Shown piece after piece: positions 50,290 through 63,200 of a stretch of DNA of 64,000 bases. Origin of the DNA: Eledone cirrhosa. Its lineage: Eukaryota. Under the pieces are notes generated by a model. It did not search any database. It saw nothing but the letters and a program-made list of their open reading frames with translations, and was not told the origin of the DNA. Each line of letters starts with the position of its first letter. The first letter of the stretch is position 1. A program made the translations under genes and the position numbers. The stretch lies in the NCBI GenBank assembly GCA_964016885.1, contig OZ024742.1:377084001-377148000 (forward strand). Direction: 5' to 3'.

Positions 50290-53200
50290 AGGTCACTACT
50301 GTGGTCGACACACTTCATACTATAGTAAAGACTATAAAGTCCCAGGTCACTACTGTGGTCGACACACTTCATACTATAGTAAAGACTATAAAGTCCCAGG
50401 TCACTACTGTGGTCGACACACTTCATACTATAGTAAAGACTATAAAGTCACAGGTCACTACTGTGGTCGACACACTTCATCCTATAGTAAAGACTATAAA
50501 GTCCCAGGTCACTACTGTGGTCGACACACTTCATCCTATAGTAAAGACTATAAAGTCCCAGGTCACTACTGTGGTCGACACACTTCATCCTATAGTAAAG
50601 ACTATAAAGTCCCACGTCACTACTGTGGTCGACACACTTCATCCTATAGTAAAGAGTATAAAGTCCCAGGTCACTACTGTGGTCGACACACTTCATACTA
50701 TAGTAAAGACTATAAAGTCACAGGTCACTACTGTGGTCGACACACTTCATCCTATAGTAAAGACTATAAAGTCCCAGGATACTACTGTCGTCGACACACT
50801 TCATCCTATAGTAAAGACTATAAAGTCCCAGGTCACTACTGTGGTCGACACACTTCATCCTATAGTAAAGAGTATAAAGTCCCAGGTCACTACTGTTGTC
50901 GACACACTTCATACTATAGTAAAGACTATAAAGTCCCAGGTCACTACTGTGGTCGACACACTTCATCCTATAGTAAAGACTATAAAGTCCCAGGTCACTA
51001 CTGTGGTCGACACACTTCATCCTATAGTAAAGACTATAAAGTCCCAGGTCACTACTGTGGTCGACACACTTCATCCTATAGTAAAGAGTATAAAGTCCCA
51101 GGTCACTACTGTGGTCGACACACTTCATCCTATAGTAAAGACTATAAAGTCCCAGGTCACTACTGTGGTCGACACACTTCATCCTATAGTAAAGACTATA
51201 AAGTCCCAGGTCACTACTGTGGTCGACACACTTCATCCTATAGTAAAGAGTTTAAAGTCCCAGGTCACTACTGTGGTCGACACACTTCATCCTATAGTAA
51301 AGACTATAAAGTCCCAGGTCACTACTGTGGTCGACACACTTCATCCTATAGTAAAGACTATAAAGTCCCAGGTCACTACTGTGGTCGACACACTTCATCC
51401 TATAGTAAAGACTATAAAGTCCCAGGTCACTACTGTGGTCGACACACTTCATCCTATAGTAAAGACTATAAAGTCCCAGGTCACTACTGTGGTCGACACA
51501 CTTCATCCTATAGTAAAGACTATGAAGTCCCAGGTCACTACTGTGGTCGACACACTTCATCCTATAGTAAAGACTATAAAGTCCCAGGTCACTACTGTAG
51601 TCGACACACTTCATCCTATAGTAAAGACTATAAAGTCCCAAGTCACTACTGTGGTCGACACACTTCATCCTATATTAAAGACTATAAAGTCCCAGGTCAC
51701 TACTGTGGTCGACACACTTCATCCTATAGTAAAGACTATAAAGCCCCAGGTCACTACTGTGGTCGACACACTTCATCCTATAGTAAAGACTATAATGTCC
51801 CAGGTCACTACTGTGGTCGACACACTTCATCCTATAGTAAAGACTATAAAGTCCCAGGTCACTACTGTGGTCGACACACTTCATCCTATAGTAAAGACTA
51901 TAAAGTCCCAGGTCACTACTGTGGTCGACACACTTCATCCTATAGTAAAGACTATAAAGTCCCAGGTCACTGCTGTGGTCGACACACTTCATCCTATAGT
52001 AAAGATTATAAAGTCCCAGGTCACTGCTGTGGTCGACACACTTCATCCTATAGTAAAGACTATAAAGTCCCAGGTCACTGCTGTGGTCGACACACTTCAT
52101 CCTATAGTAAAGACTATAAAGACCCAGGTCACTACTGTGGTCGACACATTTCATCCTATAGTAAAGACTATAAAGTCCCAGGTCACTACTGTGGTCGACA
52201 CACTTCATACTATAGTAAAGACTATAAAGTCCCAGGTCACTACTGTGGTCGACACACTTCATACTATAGTAAAGACTATAAAGTCCCAGGTCACTACTGT
52301 GGTCGACACACTTCATCCTATAGTAAAGACTATAAAGTCCCAGGTCACTACTGTGGTCGACACACTTCATACTATAGTAAAGACTATAAAGTCCCAGGTC
52401 ACTACTGTGGTAGACACACTTCATTCTATAGTAAAGACTATAAAGTCCCAGGTCACTACTGTGGTCGACACACTTCATACTATAGTAAAGACTATAAAGT
52501 CCCAGGTCACTACTGTGGTCGACACACTTCATCCTATAGTAAAGACTATAAAGTCCCAGGTCACTACTGTGGTCGACACACTTCATACTATAGTAAAGAC
52601 TATAAAGTCCCAGGTCACTACTGTGGTCGACACACTTCATACTATAGTAAAGACTATAAAGTCACAGGTCACTACTGTGGTCGACACACTTCATACTATA
52701 GTAAAGACTATAAAGTCCCAGGTCACTACTGTGGTAGACACACTTCATTCTATAGTAAAGACTATAAAGTCCCAGGTCACTACTGTGGTCGACACACTTC
52801 ATACTATAGTAAAGACTATAAAGTCCCAGGTCACTACTGTGGTCGACACACTTCAACCTATTGTAAAGACTATAAAGTCCCAGGTCACTACTGTGGTCGA
52901 CACACTTCATACTATAGTAAAGACTATCAAGTCCCAGGTCACTACTGTGGTCGACACACTTCATCCTATAGTAAAGACTATAAAGTCCCAGGTCACTGCT
53001 GTGGTCGACACAATTCATCCTATAGTAAAGATTATAAAGTCCCAGGTCACTGCTGTGGTCGACACACTTCATCCTATAGTAAAGACTATAAAGTCCCAGG
53101 TCACTGCTGTGGTCGACACACTTCATCCTATAGTAAAGACTATAAAGACCCAGGTCACTACTGTGGTCGACACATTTCATCCTATAGTAAAGACTATAAA

Positions 53201-56150
53201 GTCCCAGGTCACTACTGTGGTCGACACACTTCATACTATAGTAAAGACTATAAAGTCCCAGGTCACTACTGTGGTCGACACACTTCATACTATAGTAAAG
53301 ACTATAAAGTCCCAGGTCACTACTGTGGTCGACACACTTCATCCTATAGTAAAGACTATAAAGTCCCAGGTCACTACTGTGGTCGACACACTTCATACTA
53401 TAGTAAAGACTATAAAGTCCCAGGTCACTACTGTGGTAGACACACTTCATTCTATAGTAAAGACTATAAAGTCCCAGGTCACTACTGTGGTCGACACACT
53501 TCATACTATAGTAAAGACTATAAAGTCCCAGGTCACTACTGTGGTCGACACACTTCATCCTATAGTAAAGACTATAAAGTCCCAGGTCACTACTGTGGTC
53601 GACACACTTCATACTATAGTAAAGACTATAAAGTCCCAGGTCACTACTGTGGTCGACACACTTCATACTATAGTAAAGACTATAAAGTCCCAGGTCACTA
53701 CTGTGGTCGACACACTTCATACTATAGTAAAGACTATAAAGTCCCAGGTCACTACTGTGGTAGACACACTTCATTCTATAGTAAAGACTATAAAGTCCCA
53801 GGTCACTACTGTGGTCGACACACTTCATACTATAGTAAAGACTATAAAGTCCCAGGTCACTACTGTGGTCGACACACTTCAACCTATTGTAAAGACTATA
53901 AAGTCCCAGGTCACTACTGTGGTCGACACACTTCATACTATAGTAAAGACTATCAAGTCCCAGGTCACTACTGTGGTCGACACACTTCATACTATAGTAA
54001 AGACTATAAAGTCACAGGTCACTACTGTGGTCGACACACTTCATCCTATAGTAAAGACTATAAAGTCCCAGGTCACTACTGTGGTCGACACACTTCATCC
54101 TATAGTAAAGACTATAAAGTCCCAGGTCACTACTGTGGTCGACACACTTCATCCTATAGTAAAGACTATAAAGTCCCACGTCACTACTGTGGTCGACACA
54201 CTTCATCCTATAGTAAAGAGTATAAAGTCCCAGGTCACTACTGTGGTCGACACACTTCATACTATAGTAAAGACTATAAAGTCACAGGTCACTACTGTGG
54301 TCGACACACTTCATCCTATAGTAAAGACTATAAAGTCCCAGGATACTACTGTCGTCGACACACTTCATCCTATAGTAAAGACTATAAAGTCCCAGGTCAC
54401 TACTGTGGTCGACACACTTCATCCTATAGTAAAGAGTATAAAGTCCCAGGTCACTACTGTTGTCGACACACTTCATACTATAGTAAAGACTATAAAGTCC
54501 CAGGTCACTACTGTGGTCGACACACTTCATCCTATAGTAAAGACTATAAAGTCCCAGGTCACTACTGTGGTCGACACACTTCATCCTATAGTAAAGACTA
54601 TAAAGTCCCAGGTCACTACTGTGGTCGACACACTTCATCCTATAGTAAAGAGTATAAAGTCCCAGGTCACTACTGTGGTCGACACACTTCATCCTATAGT
54701 AAAGACTATAAAGTCCCAGGTCACTACTGTGGTCGACACACTTCATCCTATAGTAAAGACTATAAAGTCCCAGGTCACTACTGTGGTCGACACACTTCAT
54801 CCTATAGTAAAGAGTTTAAAGTCCCAGGTCACTACTGTGGTCGACACACTTCATCCTATAGTAAAGACTATAAAGTCCCAGGTCACTACTGTGGTCGACA
54901 CACTTCATCCTATAGTAAAGACTATAAAGTCCCAGGTCACTACTGTGGTCGACACACTTCATCCTATAGTAAAGACTATAAAGTCCCAGGTCACTACTGT
55001 GGTCGACACACTTCATCCTATAGTAAAGACTATAAAGTCCCAGGTCACTACTGTGGTCGACACACTTCATCCTATAGTAAAGACTATGAAGTCCCAGGTC
55101 ACTACTGTGGTCGACACACTTCATCCTATAGTAAAGACTATAAAGTCCCAGGTCACTACTGTAGTCGACACACTTCATCCTATAGTAAAGACTATAAAGT
55201 CCCAAGTCACTACTGTGGTCGACACACTTCATCCTATATTAAAGACTATAAAGTCCCAGGTCACTACTGTGGTCGACACACTTCATCCTATAGTAAAGAC
55301 TATAAAGCCCCAGGTCACTACTGTGGTCGACACACTTCATCCTATAGTAAAGACTATAATGTCCCAGGTCACTACTGTGGTCGACACACTTCATCCTATA
55401 GTAAAGACTATAAAGTCCCAGGTCACTACTGTGGTCGACACACTTCATCCTATAGTAAAGACTATAAAGTCCCAGGTCACTACTGTGGTCGACACACTTC
55501 ATCCTATAGTAAAGACTATAAAGTCCCAGGTCACTGCTGTGGTCGACACACTTCATCCTATAGTAAAGATTATAAAGTCCCAGGTCACTGCTGTGGTCGA
55601 CACACTTCATCCTATAGTAAAGACTATAAAGTCCCAGGTCACTGCTGTGGTCGACACACTTCATCCTATAGTAAAGACTATAAAGACCCAGGTCACTACT
55701 GTGGTCGACACATTTCATCCTATAGTAAAGACTATAAAGTCCCAGGTCACTACTGTGGTCGACACACTTCATACTATAGTAAAGACTATAAAGTCCCAGG
55801 TCACTACTGTGGTCGACACACTTCATACTATAGTAAAGACTATAAAGTCCCAGGTCACTACTGTGGTCGACACACTTCATCCTATAGTAAAGACTATAAA
55901 GTCCCAGGTCACTACTGTGGTCGACACACTTCATACTATAGTAAAGACTATAAAGTCCCAGGTCACTACTGTGGTAGACACACTTCATTCTATAGTAAAG
56001 ACTATAAAGTCCCAGGTCACTACTGTGGTCGACACACTTCATACTATAGTAAAGACTATAAAGTCCCAGGTCACTACTGTGGTCGACACACTTCATCCTA
56101 TAGTAAAGACTATAAAGTCCCAGGTCACTACTGTGGTCGACACACTTCAT
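50290..56150. repeat. Higher-order duplication, offset 3564 = 66 monomers, containing a nested 1026-bp (19-monomer) duplication
   Basis: ORF-track pairs 50448/54012, 50718/54282 and 51252/54816. The gacccagg variant occurs at 52121, 53147 (+1026) and 55685 (+3564). Block boundaries are approximate. Confidence 0.88.
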
Positions 56151-57239
56151 ACTATAGTAAAGACTATAAAGTCCCAGGTCACTACTGTGGTCGACACACT
56201 TCAACCTATTGTAAAGACTATAAAGTCCCAGGTCACTACTGTGGTCGACACACTTCATACTATAGTAAAGACTATCAAGTCCCAGGTCACTACTGTGGTC
56301 GACACACTTCATACTATAGTAAAGACTATAAAGTCCCAGGTCACTACTGTGGTCGACACACTTCATCCTATAGTAAAGACTATAAAGTCCCAGGTCACTA
56401 CTGTGGTCGACACACTTCATCCTATAGTAAAGACTATAAAGTCCCAGGTCACTACTGTGGTCGACACACTTCATACTATAGTAAAGACTATAAAGTCCCA
56501 GGTCACTACTGTGGTCGACACACTTCATCCTATAGTAAAGACTATAAAGTCCCAGGTCACTACTGTGGTCGACACACTTCATACTATAGTAAAGACTATA
56601 AAGTCCCAGGTCACTACTGTGGTCGACACACTTCATACTATAGTAAAGACTATAAAGTCCCAGGTCACTACTGTGGTCGACACACTTCATACTATAGTAA
56701 AGACTATAAAGTCCCAGGTCACTACTGTGGTCGACACACTTCATACTATAGTAAAGACTATAAAGTCCCAGGTCACTACTGTGGTCGACACACTTCATCC
56801 TATAGTAAAGACTATAAAGTCCCAGGTCACTACTGTGGTCGACACACTTCATACTATAGTAAAGACTATAAAGTCCCAGGTCACTACTGTGGTCGACACA
56901 CTTCATACTATAGTAAAGACTATAAAGTCCCAGGTCACTACTGTGGTCGACACACTTCATACTATAGTAAAGACTATAAAGTCCCAGGTCACTACTGTGG
57001 TCGACACACTTCATCCTATAGTAAAGACTATAAAGTCCCAGGTCACTACTGTGGTCGACACACTTCATCCTATAGTAAAGACTATAAAGTCCCAGGTCAC
57101 TACTGTGGTCGACACACTTCATACTATAGTAAAGACTATAAAGTCCCAGGTCACTACTGTGGTCGACACACTTCATACTATAGTAAAGACTATAAAGTCC
57201 CAGGTCACTACTGTGGTCGACACACTTCATTCTATAGTA

Positions 57240-60200
57240 AAAACTATAAAGTCCCAGGTCACTACTGTGGTCGACACACTTAATACTATAGTAAAGACTA
57301 TAAAGTCCCAGGTCACTACTGTGGTCGACACACTTCATCCTATAGTAAAGACTATAAAGTCCCAGGTCCCTACTGTGGTCGACACACTTCATCCTATAGT
57401 AAAAACTTAAAAGTCCCAGGTCACTACTGTGGTCGACACACTTCATACTATAGTAAAGACTATAAAGTCACAGGTCACTACTGTGGTCGACACACTTCAT
57501 CCTATAGTAAAGACTATAAAGTCCCAGGTCACTACTGTGGTCGACACACTTCATCCTATAGTAAAGACTATAAAGTCCCAGGTCCCTACTGTGGTCGACA
57601 CACTTCATCCTATAGTAAAGACTATAAAGTCCCAGGTCCCTACTGTGGTCGACACACTTCATCCTATAGTAAAGACTATAAAGTCCCAGGTCACTACTGT
57701 GGTCCACACACTTCATCCTATAGTAAAGACTATAAAGTCCCAGGTCACTGCTGTGGTCGACACACTTCATCCTATAGTAAAAACTATAAAGTCCCAGGTC
57801 ACTAATGTGGTCGACACACTTCATCCTATAGTAAAGACTATAAAGTCCCAGGTCACTACTGTGGTCGACACACCTCATACTATAGTAAAGACTATAAAGT
57901 CCCAGGTCACTACTGTGGTCGACACACTTCATACTATAGTAAAGACTATAAAGTCCCAGGTCACTGCTGTGGTCGACACACTTCATCCTATAGTAAAGAC
58001 TATAAAGTCCCAGGTCACTACTGTGGTCGACACACCTCATACTATAGTAAAGACTATAAAGTCCCAGGTCACTACTGTGGTCGACACACTTCATCCTATA
58101 GTAAAGACCATAAAGTCCCAGGTCCCTACTGTGGTCGACACACTTCATCCTATAGTAAAGACTATAAAGTCCCAGGTCACTACTGTGGTCGACACACTTC
58201 ATCCTATAGTAAAGACTATAAAGTCCCAGGTCACTGCTGTGGTCGACACACTTCATCCTATAGTAAAAACTATAAAGTCCCAGGTCACTAATGTGGTCGA
58301 CACACTTCATCCTATAGTAAAGACTATAAAGTCCCAGGTCACTACTGTGGTCGACACACCTCATACTATAGTAAAGACTATAAAGTCCCAGGTCACTACT
58401 GTGGTCGACACACTTCATACTATAGTAAAGACTATAAAGTGCCAGGTCACTACTGTGGTCGACACACTTCATCCTATAGTAAAGACTATAAAGTCCCAGG
58501 TCACTACTGTGGTCGACACACTTCATCCTATAGTAAAGACTATAAAGTCCCAGGTCACTACTGTGGTCGACACACCTCATACTATAGTAAAGACTATAAA
58601 GTCCCAGGTCACTACTGTGGTCGACACACTTCATCCTATAGTAAAGACTATAAAGTCCCAGGTCACTACTGTGGTCGACACACTTCATCCTATAGTAAAC
58701 ACTATAAAGTCCCAGGTCACTACTGTGGTCGACACACTTCATCCTATAGTAAAGACTATAAAGTCCCAGGTCACTACTGTGGTCGACACACTTCATACTA
58801 TAGTAAAGACTATAAAGTCCCAGGTCACTACTGTGGTCGACACACTTCATCCTATAGTAAAGACTATAAAGTCCCAGGTCACTACTGTGGTCGACACACT
58901 TCATCCTATAGTAAAGACTATAAAGTCCCAGGTCACTACTGTGGTCGACACACTTCATACTATAGTAAAGACTATAAAGTCCCAGGTCACTACTGTGGTC
59001 GACACACTTCATACTATAGTAAAGACTATAAAGTCCCAGGTCACTACTGTGGTCGACACACTTCATCCTATAGTAAAAACTATAAAGTCCCAGGTCACTA
59101 CTGTGGTCGACACACTTAATACTATAGTAAAGACTATAAAGTCCCAGGTCACTACTGTGGTCGACACACTTCATCCTATAGTAAAGACTATAAAGTCCCA
59201 GGTCCCTACTGTGGTCGACACACTTCATCCTATAGTAAAAACTTAAAAGTCCCAGGTCACTACTGTGGTCGACACACTTCATACTATAGTAAAGACTATA
59301 AAGTCACAGGTCACTACTGTGGTCGACACACTTCATCCTATAGTAAAGACTATAAAGTCCCAGGTCACTACTGTGGTCGACACACTTCATCCTATAGTAA
59401 AGACTATAAAGTCCCAGGTCCCTACTGTGGTCGACACACTTCATCCTATAGTAAAGACTATAAAGTCCCAGGTCCCTACTGTGGTCGACACACTTCATCC
59501 TATAGTAAAGACTATAAAGTCCCAGGTCACTACTGTGGTCCACACACTTCATCCTATAGTAAAGACTATAAAGTCCCAGGTCACTGCTGTGGTCGACACA
59601 CTTCATCCTATAGTAAAAACTATAAAGTCCCAGGTCACTAATGTGGTCGACACACTTCATCCTATAGTAAAGACTATAAAGTCCCAGGTCACTACTGTGG
59701 TCGACACACCTCATACTATAGTAAAGACTATAAAGTCCCAGGTCACTACTGTGGTCGACACACTTCATACTATAGTAAAGACTATAAAGTCCCAGGTCAC
59801 TGCTGTGGTCGACACACTTCATCCTATAGTAAAGACTATAAAGTCCCAGGTCACTACTGTGGTCGACACACCTCATACTATAGTAAAGACTATAAAGTCC
59901 CAGGTCACTACTGTGGTCGACACACTTCATCCTATAGTAAAGACCATAAAGTCCCAGGTCCCTACTGTGGTCGACACACTTCATCCTATAGTAAAGACTA
60001 TAAAGTCCCAGGTCACTACTGTGGTCGACACACTTCATCCTATAGTAAAGACTATAAAGTCCCAGGTCACTGCTGTGGTCGACACACTTCATCCTATAGT
60101 AAAAACTATAAAGTCCCAGGTCACTAATGTGGTCGACACACTTCATCCTATAGTAAAGACTATAAAGTCCCAGGTCACTACTGTGGTCGACACACCTCAT

Positions 60201-63200
60201 ACTATAGTAAAGACTATAAAGTCCCAGGTCACTACTGTGGTCGACACACTTCATACTATAGTAAAGACTATAAAGTGCCAGGTCACTACTGTGGTCGACA
60301 CACTTCATCCTATAGTAAAGACTATAAAGTCCCAGGTCACTACTGTGGTCGACACACTTCATCCTATAGTAAAGACTATAAAGTCCCAGGTCACTACTGT
60401 GGTCGACACACCTCATACTATAGTAAAGACTATAAAGTCCCAGGTCACTACTGTGGTCGACACACTTCATCCTATAGTAAAGACTATAAAGTCCCAGGTC
60501 ACTACTGTGGTCGACACACTTCATCCTATAGTAAACACTATAAAGTCCCAGGTCACTACTGTGGTCGACACACTTCATCCTATAGTAAAGACTATAAAGT
60601 CCCAGGTCACTACTGTGGTCGACACACTTCATACTATAGTAAAGACTATAAAGTCCCAGGTCACTACTGTGGTCGACACACTTCATCCTATAGTAAAGAC
60701 TATAAAGTCCCAGGTCACTACTGTGGTCGACACACTTCATCCTATAGTAAAGACTATAAAGTCCCAGGTCACTACTGTGGTCGACACACTTCATACTATA
60801 GTAAAGACTATAAAGTCCCAGGTCACTACTGTGGTCGACACACTTCATCCTATAGTAAAGACTATAAAGTCCCAGGTCACTACTGTGGTCGACACACTTC
60901 ATCCTATAGTAAAGACTATAAAGTCCCAGGTCACTACTGTGGTCGACACACTTCATACTATAGTAAAGACTATAAAGTCCCAGGTCACTACTGTGGTCGA
61001 CACACTTCATACTATAGTAAAGACTATAAAGTCCCAGGTCACTACTGTGGTCGACACACTTCATACTATAGTAAAGACTATAAAGTCCCAGGTCACTACT
61101 GTGGTCGACACACTTCATACTATAGAAAAGACTATAAAGTCACAGGTCACTACTGTGGTCGACACACTTCATCCTATAGTAAAGACTATAAAGTCCCAGG
61201 TCACTACTGTGGTCGACACACTTCATCCTATAGTAAAGACTATAAAGTCCCAGGTCACTACTGTGGTCGACACACTTCATCCTATAGTAAAGACTATAAA
61301 GTCCCACGTCACTACTGTGGTCGACACACTTCATCCTATAGTAAAGAGTATAAAGTCCCAGGTCACTACTGTGGTCGACACACTTCATACTATAGTAAAG
61401 ACTATAAAGTCACAGGTCACTACTGTGGTCGACACACTTCATCCTATAGTAAAGACTATAAAGTCCCAGGATACTACTGTCGTCGACACACTTCATCCTA
61501 TAGTAAAGACTATAAAGTCCCAGGTCACTACTGTGGTCGACACACTTCATCCTATAGTAAAGAGTATAAAGTCCCAGGTCACTACTGTTGTCGACACACT
61601 TCATACTATAGTAAAGACTATAAAGTCCCAGTTCACTACTGTGGTCGACACACTTCATCCTATAGTAAAGACTATAAAGTCCCAGGTCACTACTGTGGTC
61701 GACACACTTCATCCTATAGTAAAGACTATAAAGTCCCAGGTCACTACTGTGGTCGACACACTTCATCCTATAGTAAAGAGTTTAAAGTCCCAGGTCACTA
61801 CTGTGGTCGACACACTTCATCCTATAGTAAAGACTATAAAGTCCCAGGTCACTACTGTGGTCGACACACTTCATCCTATAGTAAAGACTATAAAGTCCCA
61901 GGTCACTACTGTGGTCGACACACTTCATACTATAGTAAAGACTATAAAGTCCCAGGTCACTGCTGTGGTCGACACACTTCATCCTATAGTAAAGACTATA
62001 AAGTCCCAGGTCACTGCTGTGGTCGACACACTTCATCCTATAGTAAAGACTATAAAGACCCAGGTCACTACTGTGGTCGACACATTTCATCCTATAGTAA
62101 AGACTATAAAGTCCCAGGTCACTACTGTGGTCGACACACTTCATACTATAGTAAAGACTATAAAGTCCCAGGTCACTACTGTGGTCGACACACTTCATAC
62201 TATAGTAAAGACTATAAAGTCCCAGGTCACTACTGTGGTCGACACACTTCATCCTATAGTAAAGACTATAAAGTCCCAGGTCACTACTGTGGTCGACACA
62301 CTTCATACTATAGTAAAGACTATAAAGTCCCAGGTCACTACTGTGGTAGACACACTTCATTCTATAGTAAAGACTATAAAGTCCCAGGTCACTACTGTGG
62401 TCGACACACTTCATACTATAGTAAAGACTATAAAGTCCCAGGTCACTACTGTGGTCGACACACTTCATCCTATAGTAAAGACTATAAAGTCCCAGGTCAC
62501 TACTGTGGTCGACACACTTCATACTATAGTAAAGACTATAAAGTCCCAGGTCACTACTGTGGTCGACACACTTCAACCTATTGTAAAGACTATAAAGTCC
62601 CAGGTCACTACTGTGGTCGACACACTTCATACTATAGTAAAGACTATCAAGTCCCAGGTCACTACTGTGATCGACACACTTCATACTATAGTAAAGACTA
62701 TAAAGTCCCAGGTCACTACTGTGGTCGACACACTTCATCCTATAGTAAAGACTATAAAGTCCCAGGTCACTACTGTGGTCGACACACTTCATCCTATAGT
62801 AAAGACTATAAAGTCCCAGGTCACTACTGTGGTCGACACACTTCATACTATAGTAAAGACTATAAAGTCCCAGGTCACTACTGTGGTCGACACACTTCAT
62901 CCTATAGTAAAGACTATAAAGTCCCAGGTCACTACTGTGGTCGACACACTTCATCCTATAGTAAAGACTATAAAGTCCCAGGTCACTACTGTGGTCGACA
63001 CACTTCATACTATAGTAAAGACTATAAAGTCCCAGGTCACTACTGTGGTCGACACACTTCATCCTATAGTAAAGACTATAAAGTCCCAGGTCACTACTGT
63101 GGTCGACACACTTCATCCTATAGTAAAGACTATAAAGTCCCAGGTCACTACTGTGGTCGACACACTTCATACTATAGTAAAGACTATAAAGTCCCAGGTC

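Noticed and set aside
49583-57283. (PGHYCGRHTSSYSKDYKV)n as a zinc-finger or other Cys/His domain protein
   Set aside because: There is one Cys per unit and no C2H2 or other recognisable spacing. The start is a chance GTG variant, and the frame is closed by the frequent cttaat variant elsewhere.
19851-59246. Downstream + strand ORFs (184-2945 aa) as separate genes
   Set aside because: The starts are internal GTG codons of the repeat. The boundaries are simply amplified frameshifts or stops within a continuous array.
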